DNA from: Cenococcum geophilum
Lineage: Eukaryota
DNA: 64,000 bases
Assembly (NCBI GenBank): GCA_050273025.1
Contig: CP158635.1
Location: 7,192,001 to 7,256,000, forward strand
Direction of reading: 5' to 3'
Of the stretch, positions 12,501 through 27,100 are shown piece by piece. Positions within the stretch are counted from its first letter, which is position 1. Every line of letters begins with the position of its first letter. The notes beneath the pieces are model-generated. The model was not told the origin of the DNA. It did not search any database and saw only the letters and a list, made by a program, of their open reading frames with translations. Position numbers and translations under genes: made by a program.

Positions 12501-15500
12501 TAGTAGGATATTAAAAGACATCTTAATTTGTCTTCCTTTAATAGTTATCTAAATAGGTCCTATTTTAAGATTAATAATCCCTCCTCTATAGGTTATTAGA
12601 TCTCCTAAAATTATAACTAATAGGTAAAATTACTCCTTTTATCTATAAGGTAGCCCTATTCTCTTAACTACTATTAATAAGATATAGTTTCGCGTTACTC
12701 TACTATCTATTAGCGCTTTAAACTGCTAATCTTGCTAATTAATCCATAAATTTAGGTATCGTCCTTAAATTCCTTTAAGGGTCTAAAGCTCTACTACTAG
12801 CTCCCTCTAGTCCTATAGGCCTCTACTTTTCCTAACTATTAGCTGCTTAATCTTAGTGCACTTAGCTTACTCTTTAGCTAATACCTAGTTCGCTTTTTAT
12901 CTTTTATATACCATAAACACATATTTTCTAGGCATTCCTACCACTATCGTCTATCTAAGCATTCTTCTGTAAGGAATCTTCCTAGTTAAAGTACTAAACT
13001 TCCTTCCTTTTGGATTTCTATTAGATGCCATCTATATATATATTTGGCATTTCTGTACTATTACTCGTCTATTATCCGGTATATCCTTATAGGGTATTTC
13101 TAATCCTTTTCTTTTAGATTCTTATATATTTTGTATATATCGTCCACGTACGTAATCTATAATATCGTATAGTATACTAAGTACTTTAGGTTAACTCTTA
13201 GCTCGTCTTTATCCCTAAGTTTAAACCTTTATTATATTAATCTAAACGTTGCAACTTTATTTGTAGGTATTAAAATACGTCTCTTACTTCTCTAGTCCTC
13301 TAAACGTTCCTTTAGATTCTTTAATATTATAATTAAGGCTCCTTTAATATGCGTTATAGCCTTCTTTATAATCGGGTAGTCTTAGATAACTTTTTTATCC
13401 AACCATATATAGAAATCTTCCCACTTATTATTGTGCCTTTGCCTATACTACTTTTAATATAGCTACTAGAGTATATACGGTCTGTCTATAAAAAAGTATC
13501 TTTTTATTACTATATTGTAACAGCCCTTTATATATTATTCCTTGAACCTAGTTAAAATCCCTAAATCCTCTTTATCTTCTAGTTTGGTAAGCCACTTGGC
13601 TCTTAATATACCTACTCTTAGCCTATTAGTGATTCTTTATACTAGTGCTCTATCCTTTATATATCCTAATATACTAGATCTCTTATCTAGTTTCTATTCT
13701 TACTATATAATAATTCTTTACCTAAACTCTTTTATAGTTTCTTTTAGTTTACGCCTTACGCTCTAATCCTTAAAGTCGTCTTGCTTCTTAATCCTAATAT
13801 TAACTTTTTAATCTTTAGTCCGAATACTTTATTTAACTAGTAAATCCTCTAGGTTTATATATTTATCTCCTAGTCTGATTGCTATTTATGCTGTAGGTTC
13901 TCTAATCTATAAAGAAGCCCCTTACCTCTTATCTGTGGGTGTCCTAATTTATACTCTAAATTCTTAACCCCTTAGGTTCTTTAATCCCGAGCTTGCTTCT
14001 AACTTAAGCTTAGCTCTAGCCTTAGTCTAACTAGGCTTACTTAGTGTCCTTATCTCATCTTAAGAGTCCTAGATCTCACTTATCTCATCTTAAGAATCTT
14101 ATGCCGTTAGGAATTCTTATCCCGAGCTTATTTGTATATCTTTAAACTAAGCTGCTACTCTACTCTATTGGTTTCTGTCCGTTATAGGTCCTTAAGCTTA
14201 CCTTATCTTATCTTAAGAATCTTAGTTATCTCTTATCTCGCTATAAGAATCTTAAGCCTTTGGCCTTTTACCTTTATTAAGTGCCGAAGTAGTTTACTAT
14301 TTTACTTCTCTTATGTCTTATAAAGCGATAGACATTGTATCTAGTGGGGTTTTGATCCCTACTAATGTTCCCTATTCTGTAGTAGAATTATCCTCTACCT
14401 CTAGTATAATATCTCTAAGGTCTACTCGCTCCTAGTAAGCGGCCCTTATTGCCTTATTGTTACAAAATATTTCGCCTAGGTTAAATTTATCGTCCTTAAT
14501 GTCTAATCTGTGAACTAGTTTATTAGTTCCTCTATATCCTATAGGTACTAGCTCTTATAGCTAATAGCTTACGCCGTACTTAGCGTCCTTATAAATTTAG
14601 TATATGTTATTATAACAAAATATAAAACTTCTAATTAAACACTTTTTTATTCCTCGTAGTATATTGTCGTCCCTTTATACGTATATATTGTCTGCTAGTC
14701 TTGTGCCTTTTACTATATAGTAACTCTACCCACTTCTATAGTTTTTAACGTAATAACCCTGTTTTCCGCAATTTATATAAGCTCCTTCTTTAAACCATTT
14801 CTCTTATTATAGAGTCCGCCTAAATATCTTCTACTATTAAAATCCCTAATTTGGCCTCTACTTTTTGGACCTTTAATTACTTAATCCTTATCCTCTAGGT
14901 TTCTATAGTTTGCTCTATTTCTTATAGGCTTCTTTAGTACTACTTAGGTCTATTAGCTCTGCGCTATACCATAATTTCTAACTTAGCTTTTATTATTGCG
15001 TACTCTGCGCCTTATATAACTATAGAACTCTATCCTAGCCTCTTTTAGCCTGTTCCCTTTAATAGATCTAATTATTAATCTTAATCGCCTAATTTATTAG
15101 TTCCCTTAGGGTATCCGTATCTTCTATTAGGATAATTACGTCCTAAACTTTAGCCTTAAGTCCCTGTTTATACTATGCTATAAGCGCCCTATTATTCCAC
15201 TCTACTTATATTGCTAGTGTCTGGAACTATATTGTATACTTAATTACTAAAGTTTATTACATAAGGTTCTGGAGTTTTTTTTTTGCTATAGTTATTTCTT
15301 CCGGGTCTTTAAACATCTATATTAGTCGTTTTGTAAATCCTTCCTAACTTAAGAACATAAATCGCACGTCTTAGTTAGTAGTTATTATTCCGTTTGCCTA
15401 TATCTCTATAAGGTAAGGTTTAAACCACTTAAGTGCTTTTCCTAATAAGAATAGTTCTGTATAGGCTATCCAATCTACGGGTATAGGTAACTTTACTCCC

Positions 15501-15825
15501 TCCTATAAGACCTTAAAATGCATCTGTATAAGGAATCCTTTAAGCTTTAACCTTTCTCCTATAAATCTCTCAATTAATAGTAGCTTAATCTTTGCTGCTC
15601 CTATCCCATTAAGTCTTTCTTCTAACACTATATTGTTAGCTATTAGCTAGTCAACTATTTCTTATAGCTGTCCGACCGTCACAGGTTGCTATAAGTTAGT
15701 ATCCGCCATACTAGTGTTACCTCCTATCCCTAAAGTAGTTGCTACCGTTAATGGCGTCGTGGTGGCTGCTTTTGGTGGCATGTTGTTCGACTTCTTATAT
15801 TAATACCGTAACTAGGTAGTGATTG

Positions 15826-16250
15826 TGTAACGGAACCTTGTAGTAAGAACTACGATGGGTTCGTTAATAGGCTAGGTGTATAGGAAATGTAAGTATAAAA
15901 GTTAATAACGTAATAACAACTGGTGGAGTGGTTGCCTAACAGATTAACTTTAATTATATTCTGAGAATCACTACAAGGAAGGAACTATCTAGGTAGGGAC
16001 TAAGGGTCCTTAAATACACAACCGTACTCCTAAGAAAGTTGTTGCTCTATCTGCTCTATCTGCTCTATTCGCTCTGCGATAGATCTTATAGATTATATAG
16101 ATTATACAGATTATATCACGTGACTCTGCTTACCATTCCTTATCATATGGTTCCACGGGTTCCATCCTGGACCGTGCTTATATTAACCAACTAGCTTCTT
16201 CCGACTCCTCTCCAAGTAGTCGTAACATTGTACTTAAAGCGTCCGTAACA
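15826..16250 (-). repeat. 5' LTR of element A
   Basis: tgtaacggaacc...gtccgtaaca; less RIPed than its partner LTR. Confidence 0.95.
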
Positions 16251-19200
16251 GCCAGCTAATAATAAGTAAGAAGAAAATATATAAGTAGCTATAATCCTAA
16301 AGATAAGAGATAATATAAAGACATAAGAAACTAGCTAAAGAATACCCTAAAAAAAGAAGCAAAGAATAGCTGGAGACGGTTTATAAATAAGTATACTACT
16401 AACCTAAGCCTCCCCTATAATAAAGGTCTTTAAAGGATAGCGAAATAGGCAAAGAGAAAGGCGGGACGTCTAGTAGAAGACCTACACCTTCTCCCCTTAC
16501 AAAGACTAGGTAAATCACTAGCTATAAATAACAATAATAAGAAGGCAAAGATCCTTACAGAAAGATTTTTCCCTTAACTAGCTTTAGTAAACCTTAGTAA
16601 TATTATAGGCGAAGCACCGGTGGCTTGCCTAAGGGTTAATAGCGATATAATAACTAAAGAAATGGCCAGAACTATTAGCCGCCTTTTAAATAATATAGCA
16701 CTAGGACTAGATAGGATTCTAAATAAAGCCCTAAAGGCCTTCGGACCACTAATAGCACCTTAGCTTGCGGATATAGCTAGAGTATACTTTATAATAGGCT
16801 ACTACCTAAGACTTAGAAGAGCTATAACAACGTTTATTTTACGTAAAGAAGGTAAAGCAGACTACTTATTTCTAGGGAGCTACCGCCCTATTGCCTTAAA
16901 AAATACCCTTAGTAAGATCTTAAAAAGGGTAATAGCGGACCGTATAGCAGATATAGCTAAGGAACACGCCCTACTACTATAAAGCTAAATAGGGGTAAGA
17001 AAGAACCGCTCAACACTATTAGCACTTACGTTACTCGCTGCCACTATTAAATCTGCATAGGCGATGCGAAGGGACTTTATAGTATTAATACTTAGCCTAG
17101 ATATTAGTGGCGCCTACAATAATGTACCCTACGAGCGTCTCCTATATATCCTTAGGGCAAAAGGCTTCCTAGAATAGATTATATAATTTATTTAAGGGTT
17201 TATAGGTTAAAAAGAAACATTATTAGTCTTTAGCGGATACTAAAGCCCCTTTATTATAGTTGCAACAGAAATACTATAAGGATTACCCCTCTCGCCTATA
17301 CTCTTCCTTTTCTTTATAAGCAACCTGCTTAACTCCTTTAAGGAAGGGGCGACCTAGAGGATAGGCTTCGTTAATAATATAAACCTAATTATATACGGAC
17401 TAATAGCCGTAGAGAATTGCAGAACACTAGAGAAAGCTTATAACACCTATATAAAATAGGCAAGATAATATAAAGTCTAATTCTTACCAGAGAAATACCA
17501 GCTAATCTATTTTATAAGAAAACGCAACCAATCTATAGACCTTTAGTATATAATTCGCATCTAAGGCTTTAGGGGTTAACTAGTTTAGAGCCTAAGAGTA
17601 TTAGGAGTATAGGTAAACAGTAAGCTCTAGTAGAGCGTATATACGATATAAGCGGCCTATAAGGGCTAAGTATAGTACATTATATTATCTAGGATCGTTA
17701 ATTTTATATAGGGTCTATGCTTCTAGAGGTCACGCCTATTATATATAGTAGTTGTCCGGCCAACTATAACGTATAGGTCTAGTATCTAGGCCATTAGAGA
17801 ATCTAAAAAAGGCCCCCCTAAATCGCTCCTTAAACCACTCTAAAAGGTCTAAATAGCTTACCTTTAAAGTATAACAGGCGGATATAAGCGAACGGCCACA
17901 GTACTGCTTAAGAAGGAAGCTAATATTCCCCCCCTATAACTATATATTAAAGCCGCTGTAATATAAAGGGCGTAAAAGGAATGTAACTCTAATGTTATAA
18001 AGTATATTAAGACACGCCTAAATAAACTATAGAGGGACCCTAAGGCGCCTTGTAGGAGAATAAACTAATAACCCTAAAGTAGGGAAGATATATTAGAGAA
18101 ACAGGTAAAGAAAGCAAAAGAAGAATAGTGCTGCTTTAGGGCCCAGGCCCATATAGAGGAGGAAGGGAAACGCGTAAGAGGCCAGTAAAGATAATAGTAA
18201 GAGAGAGAAAGGAGCTAAAGTAGAGTATAAAAAAACGCTAGGAAACTATCTACTATAATATAATACTGGCTAGACTAACGCTGGAGAGGTATATAGGAGT
18301 TAAAGGTATAGAGGCTAACTAAGGCAAGAGGAACCTAAGCCGTAGTATAATTAACGCTATAGGGGGTAAACACTTTAGGGCTCTGAGAAGGCCTAATAAA
18401 GGCAGAAAATATAATAGCAACACTTTTAAGAACGGGAATAATAGGTCTAAAAGACTAGCTCTACTGGGTAAGCGTTTTAGTAGATAGCCTAAGATATAAA
18501 TATAGCTGGCTAAGACAGACACCAAAACACGTAATACTGTTATACCTTTTACGTACTAACTAAGAAGTAATGCTCTTAGTAGCTAGTATAGAGAACTATA
18601 AGACACTGCTCTTAATATAAAAAGGCCTTAAGGCGGTTACCCAGTAGCTTATTAGCTAAAATGTACTAAACCAGTTCCGGGTTATAAAGGAAATAGTAAT
18701 AAAGGGTAGGGGGGTAAGCAATAGGCACTCCTTAATAACTCTATAGTAATAGAGTAAAGTTTATAATACTAGCGCGTCCATAGGCTTGTTACGGCAGCAG
18801 TAGTTCCTAAAAAGGTTAAAAAGTAAGGTAGTAGGAGCACTATAGGTAACTCGCAGGCGCCTTATAGGCGCCTTATAGGCGAGTCCTAAAAGGCAGGGAA
18901 ATAGATTACAGGGTTTTCTTAAATAGAGCTTTCTCCCTATATGTATATAAGGAGTAGTCCGCGTAGGCCTAATAGGGATCTGAATCGGACGTTAAGCAAT
19001 GAATTATTATTATAGCCGTTTAATTTTAGTATTAGCTGCTATAAGCTCTACCTAGGGGGTTAAAATATTAATTATTTCTTCATCTAAAGCATTTGCGGGT
19101 CCTATAGCTGCTTTACCTACTACTATATTTTAGGGCATAGTAGTAGGGGTATTAGGTAATTCTAAGTAATTTCTTTAGGGGTTCTAGTCTATATGTATCT

Positions 19201-19343
19201 TATAGGTCCTTTACTTAGAGTTCTGTCCTTTTCCTTTTAGTCCTATCCTTAGGGTTCTATTCTACGTCCTTGTCCTATTTATAGTCTTATAAATATCTTT
19301 AAGTTCCTTTTTAGGAAGAAAGAGTAGTCGGAGCTTTAGATAA

Positions 19344-19629
19344 TATTAGTGACTTAGTTAATCAAGGCATAAGCATAGTAAGAAGGATATGTGCGGGCCT
19401 ATATAATTGGATTGTCTATAAATAAGGATCTAAAGTTAAAGAAAAGGAAAGGAAAAGAGAAGTAGTAACGTAAGAAGTTATATACAATCCCCTAATTATA
19501 TAAGGGTTACATAAGCTCCGCGTCTATTATAACGTCTATTATAATGGCCGCGGTCCTCTAGTTACGTAACCGCAAAGTTTTACTAAGTTCTGCTACTAAG
19601 TTCTACTGTTTTCTGCCAGTGCTATAACA
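19344..19629. mobile_element. LTR related to those at 39849-40060 and 40066-46660; probably the end of an element into which the LINE inserted
   Basis: t(g>a)ttag(c>t)gacttagtt...gtgctataaca is the reverse complement of the 40066 LTR. Flanks gataa/cgcgc do not form a TSD, so 19014-19343 may be internal sequence. Confidence 0.7.
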
Positions 19630-20534
19630 CGCGCCTTATTTATAGAGAGCTTCCTTTTAGGGCGTAATAATATCCCTTTACTATAGCACTACTATTAAGC
19701 TCTTACTACTTATAAAACTTATATTAGGGTCTTATTAGAGCCTAAGAACTTTATTATAATATTAGGAAGTTATTATTAGCCTTGTGTCTACTATAGTATA
19801 TAAATTTATATAAGGTTGCCATGCGGGTCACTACCTTTAATTAAGGCGATTACTAATTCTAGCTAGTATAAAACGACCTATATATTCTATATAATATCTA
19901 GGAAGTAATTTACTTATATTAATTAAGTAAGTCTAAGCCTATAGCTATGCGGAGTTTTAGTAAGTAGGCTAACCTTAGCCCTATAGCCTTATATTCTAAC
20001 TTAACTTTAGCTATATATCTAGTCAACCAACTCTTTAAAAACGGCTATAGAATTCGCTACCTTATAAGGGTGTGGCCGGAGCTAGTCGGCCGCCCTCCCT
20101 ACTTATAGTAACGACGTCTAGTACCGGATTACTTTAATTACTGTTATATATAATTTATAACAATACTTATATAGCTAGCCCGCTTGTATTTATACTAGTT
20201 ATATAATTAATACCAAAATTCTAGTCCTGTTTTAGACGCTATAGCTATTCCTAAATATAATATACCTAATTTTAATATAACCCTTTCTATTAAACGGTAT
20301 AGGCTAGCCTATTTAGTTTAAAAGAGCTAGTAATAGTTACCTATTAGGGGTATTAAAGCTTACCTATTACCTATACTTAAGGAGTATAAGAACTAGTAAT
20401 TTTGTACTAGTAAAGGAGAAAACTCTATATTGTTCTAATTAAGGGTTACTAAAGCTTAGCCTAGGAGCGTTAATATTTATACTCTTATATTATAACTTAT
20501 AAGAAAACTATCGACTTATAAACTAATAATAAAT

Positions 20535-21276
20535 TTATATAAGCTTTTTGGTATCGCTCTCCTTCAATATATAGCGTGCTTTAACTTCCTTAACTCTAAG
20601 TCTTTTATACTCCTTCGATATATAATATACTTTAACTTCCCTAACTCTAAGTCCTTTATACTCTTGTGGTTTTTCTTAGATAACTAGTATATAGTAAGTC
20701 TTCTAGGGGTCTTCTTTTCAGTCTTAACGTATCCTAATGATAATATAATGCCTAAACTTAATTTTAGTTACTATATTAAACTATAAAGACCCTACTCTTC
20801 CTAGATTAGCAAAAATGGTATACTTTTATCCTATTTTACAATTTTCAAACTACCTAATTTTTATAACTAATGCCTCTCGGTTAGTGTTAAACCGAAGATC
20901 TTTATAGCCTAGAACTATAATACTTAAATTTAATATAAAATCGATTCCTCTATTATATGTTATCTAAGACTAGAATAGTACTATTTAACCTTTATAAACA
21001 ATTAAAACTATCTTTTCCTTATTAGACCGCTTCTATAGAAGGAGCCTAGGAAAGAAATAGTTAAATACTTTATATCTTCCTTTAGTACCTAGGGTACTTT
21101 CTATATGCTTAACCAAGCTAAAGATTGCAGTATCCCTATTGGATTTATAGGAAAGACTATATTTTAAATACTTCTTAAAAAGGAATTGGATAAAGTTAAC
21201 CGTGCAATCGTACCTTAAGATTATAAGTCGTCTAGGAAAATTAGAATTAAGAGCGAAATATTGCCTTCTTAGTGGA
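20535..21276 (-). pseudogene. Last exon of a RIPed HET-domain (TOL-like) gene
   Basis: 247 codons with only RIP-type stops. De-RIPed ..FLFEKYSKCGLSY.SDR...RLLLWKR...VPSWSWMAYDGGIDF...YERLGVGEVEARYISK. Acceptor AG at 21278-21277, stop at 20537-20535. Confidence 0.88.
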
Positions 21277-23995
21277 CTAGGATATATAATTATAGTATTA
21301 GAATAAACTACTTTATAATTATTAGGCCATAGAGACGTATTAGCCGTAACTAGCTTGGCGCAGGCGAGGCGCAGGCGAGGCGCCTATAAAACATAGTCGC
21401 CCCATATTAGAGAATAGCAGAATTTAGTTCTATAGTTCTACTTTATTAAGAACTAGATACCTATTGCATTCCGCTACTATTGTTATGTTACTATATACCC
21501 TAAGGACCTTGGCGTCCTAACAGTACTAAATTCTTATCCCTTTTTAGGGGTAGTGGCCTAACAACACAGTGGTTTGCAAAGGCTACGACTATATAGCAGT
21601 AACCCTCTGTCGAGAAGACGACCTATATTTATTAACTATATCGCAGCCTATTGACCTAATGGCGAGACGCAGGCGTACTAGCGTAGTGCGTACTACTAAG
21701 TCTGGGAATTAGCCTTAGGATAATATAGGCGAACCTATATTGTTCTAGATAGAACTAGAAGCTATAGGCGAAGGGGATATATAGGAAGAAATATAACGGC
21801 TAGAGAACGAGAAGCTACAACTCCTAGAGTAAAGAAAACTACACTTGCTTAGGGAAGAGGTAGAAGTGCTAAGACGGCGTTAACGCGGCGAGGTAATGTC
21901 GACTCCCGTTCTTGACCTATCTCTATAACCTTAAATAATCCTATTAAAGTACTTAGGGGGTAGCCTAATGCATTTAAGCCTTAAGCGGAGGGCTACTAAT
22001 ATATTAGGCGCCCTGTTAAAACAGGCCGTTAAAATAAAGAAGATTGCTTTGTATTATGGCAAGTCTATATAAGAGCACTAAGACTTCCGTAATAGCTTAA
22101 AGCTAGCGTTCTACCTAGAGCGCGACGGCTTTATGGATAAGGATACTAAAGTTGCGTTTACTATATAATATATAAAGGGGACCAACTAAACCCTTTGGCT
22201 ATAGTATAAAGATAACTATCTAGATACGTAGTTTACCTAGGAAGAGCTTATAGAATTCCTACTTAATTAGATTAAAAGTCCTATTAATTAAGAACTCTAT
22301 ATAGCCCTAACCTATGCGAGGGCAATATAGCGAACTAATTAACTAGTAAATAAGTTTACTACTTACCTAACCTCCTTAGAAGTGTAAATTAATCCTCCTT
22401 ATAATATAAAGTATTTAATAATATATCTGTTCGTAAAGCTGCGGCTAGAGCTACGGGTTACTATTACTAACTATTAAGAATTCCCTTAAACTTAAGACCA
22501 GCTAGTTTCCCTAGCTGCCCTATTAAAGGAAAACTAGAAGAGCGCAAGCGCCCTATAGGGTAGAAGTAATAGGCATACCGCGAACTCAAATATAAAAACC
22601 ACCTAGTTAGGTAATTTAGGGAAAGCGGACTCTAAAACTACCGCCGGCAACTTAATGGTAGGGTAAAGTAATACTGCCGAGGGTTTAACTTAGCCTAAAG
22701 GAAACTGCTTAAGGTGTGGGTAGCTAGGATATTAATAGCGATAATATAAAGAGCTATAACGGAATTAACTACCGCTAAGCAGTGTAAACGCTACCTCTAT
22801 ATTAGGAAAAGATAAGCGCCCTTAGACCTCCTTATAGCTATAGGGTGTAAGCTCCTACTAGATTATAAGGAAGCTATTACTGTCTTAGGTAAAGTCCTTT
22901 TTAAGTAGATCTGGAAGGAGACCTTAGTAATACTTAATATTGGTGCCGAAGTAAATATAATTAACCAGCGATTTACAATAGAGTGTAACTTTAAGACACT
23001 AGATATAGAATTACCTACCTACTTCTGGTTAAATAAAACTTAGGTATATTACTATAAAGCCTATAAGGTACTATTATAAATAAAGGACAGCTGGGGCAGG
23101 ATTAGGGAAGTAACCCTTATCTGCTATAGAATGGCTGATATATCTCCCCCTGTTACCCTAGGTATACTAGGGTTAAAAAAGGCCTAACTTCTTATTAACT
23201 GCGAGGCGAAGGCGTAGCGATAGAAGCTAGACGGCCCGTCCCTATTACTATAAACCCCTAAGGGTTTTACGGAGTCTCTCTAGAGGAAACCTAGGGTCTT
23301 TGCCCTAGTGATTACTGGATTAATACCTAGTAAATAAGACGACGGTAGCTTACTAGTCCTTCCCCCATAGTTAAAAAAAGCTAGCGATGTCTTCTTATAT
23401 AAGGAAGCAGGAAAGCTACCCTAACACTATTAAGGCGACTATGCTATTGACCTAAAAGAGGGATAGAAGGTCCTATATAGACTGCTTTATAACCTCTTAG
23501 TTAAGGAGCTAGAGGTACTAAGGGAGTACTTAGACGACGCCTTAGCTAAAGGCTGGATCTAATTAAGTACTAATCCCGTAGGGGTACCTGTCCTATTTAT
23601 ACCTAAAAAAGATAGGAAGTTGCGGCTCTGTGTAGACTATAGAGGCCTTAATAAGGTGATAATTAAGAATTGTCTCGCACTACTATTAATTAGTAAGACC
23701 TTAGACCGCTTAGTAGGTTTTAAAATCTTTACTAAGTTGGACCTAACAAATGTGTACTACCGCCATTATATCCGTCGGGGCGATAAGTAAAAGACGGCGT
23801 TCCGTACGCGTTACGGCCATTTTAAGTATTGGGTTTTACCTTTTAGGTTAACTAATAGACTAGTAACCTTTTAGGGCTACATTAATCAAGCCTTATTAGG
23901 ACTAGTAGACGTCTTCTATATAGTCTACCTTAATAATATTCTAATTTTCTCGGAAAATCTAGAGGAATACTGGCGCTACGTACTAGAAGTGCTAT

Positions 23996-24188
23996 TGTAA
24001 CGGCTCGAACCAACGAACAAATGTCTTGACGTAGACTTGAACAAATGCTTCTAAGACGAAGCGAACGAATGCTGTATTACGAAGATATCAAGGTGAGGAG
24101 CAAGAGAAGGTGGTGAGGCGACGTCTATATACACATGCCAAGTCTTAAGCGAACCCCTGACTAGGTGACGCGCCCCAGCGCCGTCACA
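23996..24188. mobile_element. 193-bp solo LTR inserted in the RT of element E
   Basis: tgtaacgg...ccgtcaca termini; TSD gctat at 23991-23995 and 24189-24193. Confidence 0.92.
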
Positions 24189-27100
24189 GCTATATAGGTT
24201 ACGGTAATATTAACTATATATAAACCTTAAGAAGTGCAGGTTTAGTATATAAGAGGTTAAGTTCCTAGAATATATTATTAGTCTTAAAGGCGTAGCGATA
24301 GATCCTAACCGGGTAGAAGCTATTACTAAGTAGAAGAGCCCTTAATCCTATAGGGATGTCTAGGTTTTTTCAGGTTTTGCTAACTTCTATTACCGGTTTA
24401 TTTATAAGTACTCTACTATTGTAAAGCCTATTACTAATCTCCTTAAGGGAGTAAAGAACGGCCGTAAAGCTAGGCCTTTTAGTTAGCTAGAAGAGGCGGA
24501 GCAGGCAATACGCTAGCTCTATAACGCCTTTATAACGGCGCCGCTCCTACAATACTATACACCAGGCTTACTAACCAGGTTAGAGACTAATACATCCATA
24601 TAAGGCCTAGCGGCAATTATATTACAGCTGTTTAAAGACGGCCTTTGGTATCTAATAGCCTTTTAGTCTAGGAAGCTTTTGCTAGTAGAGCGCAATTATA
24701 AGACCTATAATTAGGAGCTACTAGCTATTATAAAGGCTTTTAAGCATTAGAGATACTATATTAAGGGGCTATTAAGCCGCCTAGAAGTGCTTATAGATTA
24801 TGATAATCTAAAGGGTTTTATAAAGGTAAAAGCCCTTAATGGACGGTAAGCCAGATAGGCTATAGCATTAGCTGCCTATAACTTTGTAATTAAGTATAGG
24901 GTAGGAAAAACAAACCCCACAAACGCGCCGTTAAGGCGACCCCTAGGCGTAGAGGGTCCACTAGAAGAAGATATTATACTACTACTGCTCTAAAGGACTT
25001 TAGGAATATAGGATTACTAACCTAAAGTAAAAGTCCTATTAGGTGTATAAGAAAGCGAGCCTTCTATAGAGGTGTTGTTTTTATAGCTATAAGCTAGTAA
25101 CCCGATGGCAGTACACCTGGGCTATATAGTATTACGGTTTAACTAGGTAACCTATATATATACTATTAAGCAGCGTATAACGAGGACCTAAGTTAGAGAA
25201 GCTAGTACTTAAGAGAGTGCTTATAAGTCTAGTACGGAAACAGTTGTTAAGCTTATTAAAGGACTTTAGACTAAAGATAACTTTGTACTGCAAAAGCGTA
25301 ATAACAGCGTAGATACGGCAAGACGCTGTTAACGCGCCCGCTCGAAGCTAGTATGGCAGTTTAATTCCGCTAGACTACTTTATTACCGCGGGAGGTTATA
25401 TATACCCCTAAACCTAGCAGTTTATATAAAGCTCCTATAAATCCACTACGATAATACCCTAGCTGGCCACTTTAGTAAGAAAAAGACTTTAGATTTACTC
25501 TCGCGTAAGTACTACTAGCCTAGTATAAATGCGGACGTTATAAACTATATCTCTACCTACGATATATACTAACGTATATATACGCCTTAATATCGCCCTT
25601 ATAGTAAGCTTTAAGCGCTGCCTTACCCGGAATAGCCGTGGCAGGAAATTACGATAGACTTTATTATAGGCCTACCGTCTAGTAAACGAGGCGATAAGGT
25701 ATATAACGCAATATATATAATAGTCGACCGCTATACTAAGATGGCCTTATATCTACTTATAGTAAAAACTATTACTATAACCGAACTTGCGGATCTCTTC
25801 CTTAATAAAGTAGTACGTCGTTTTGGAGCCCCTAGGGGGATTATATTTAATTACGGTAGTATCTTTACTAGTAAGTTTTAGTCGAAGCTATACTTTACTG
25901 CAAAGATAAAACGTAGGCTAAGTACGGCCTTTTACCTATAAATAGACGGGTAAATAGAACGCTAAAACTAAACCTTAGAGTATTACCTCTATATATTCTG
26001 TAACGAAAAGCAAAGCAACTAGGTAGGCCTCTTATTACTAGCCAAATTCGCCTATAATAATGCTAAACATAGTATAACGGGTATAAGCCCGTTCTATGCC
26101 TACTATAAGTTTTACTTATATTTAAAATATAAGGTTAAGGCGGATAATAGTAGTTCTATTTCAGCCGCCTCTAAGAGGATTAAAAGGATATCCCTTAAAC
26201 GCGAAGCGCTAATAAAACGCTAGAAATACACTACCGAGGTATAGGCGAAATACTATAATCGTTATTACTAACTATAGGCATATAAAGTAGGGGATTTAGT
26301 CTTGCTATTAACTAAGAACCTTAAACTAAAAAGGCTAAGTAAGAAACTTATAGCACGCTTTATTGGACCTTTTAATATAGCCAAACTAGTTAAAAAGTAA
26401 GTATACTAACTATATCTACCTATGTCTTACTATATCTACCTAGTGTTCTATATTAGCTTACTAGAGCTATATAAATAACATAAGGGCACTACTAGAGACC
26501 CTTTACCAGGGCCTATTAAGCTAGACGATTAAAAGGACCAAGAGGACTAATATAAGGTAGAAGAAGTATATAGAAGGAAGGGATGTAACTAAACCCTATA
26601 GTACCTAGTTAAGTAAAAAAGCTAGCTAAAAGAGTATAACAAATAGGTCCTAATAAAGGATATTAATAAGGACGCAAAGGAGATATATAATAGTTACTTT
26701 ACCCTAAGGGGTAAACGGAAAAGGTAGTAGGTAGGAGAATAAAAAACTTTTAATTATAACTAGGATTATACCCTACTAGTAGGGTAATAACGGAACGACG
26801 GTAGAGCAATAGTAGTACGCCGATAGAAATATAGATACTCTACAGCTCTATTAAATCCTCCCTTTCCTCCCCTCCTTCCTCTTCCTCCTCCTCCTCTCCC
26901 TCCTTATCTTTCTCCTCCCCCTTCTCTTTATCCTCTTTACCCTTATCCTCCTCCTTATCCCTTACAATAGGAGGCATATTAGCCTATAAGTACTATTAGT
27001 ATACGCTACACCGGTGAAATACCTGCGTTATAACACGTACTAAAGCATATATTACGTTAAGAATCCCTTTAAGGGTATAATGGATGGCCTATAATTCCTG

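Larger units (their letters stand above)
1904..16250 (-). mobile_element. Ty3/gypsy LTR retrotransposon, family A copy 1 (RIP-degraded gag-pol with chromodomain)
   Basis: 425-bp LTRs at 1904-2328 and 15826-16250. 5-bp TSD gccag at 1899-1903 and 16251-16255. Reverse-strand PPT at 2329-2348. gag ATG at 15781. Protease, RT (de-RIPed VYLDDI ~11740-11755), RNase H and integrase motifs on the minus strand. Confidence 0.95.
1..19013 (+). mobile_element. Tad1-like LINE (non-LTR retrotransposon), RIP-inactivated; 5' end lies outside the window; interrupted by element A at 1904-16250
   Basis: End of a Cys/His-rich ORF1 near 400-600. ORF2 begins ~1010 with APE endonuclease motifs (de-RIPed QYNC, LAIQEP, GDMNLH, IDL). 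RT motifs follow the insertion: YRPIAL ~16880, PQGSPLSP ~17275, FVDD ~17366. C-terminal CGW..QTPKHV zinc finger ~18500. Ends in a short (TAT)n tail at ~19004-19013. Confidence 0.9.

Noticed and set aside
19630..20530. Possible additional RIPed gene downstream of HET
   Set aside because: No recognisable motif found by manual translation; left unannotated.
20870..21315. Plus-strand reading with few stops
   Set aside because: It is the antisense shadow of the minus-strand HET exon, which has recognisable motifs.
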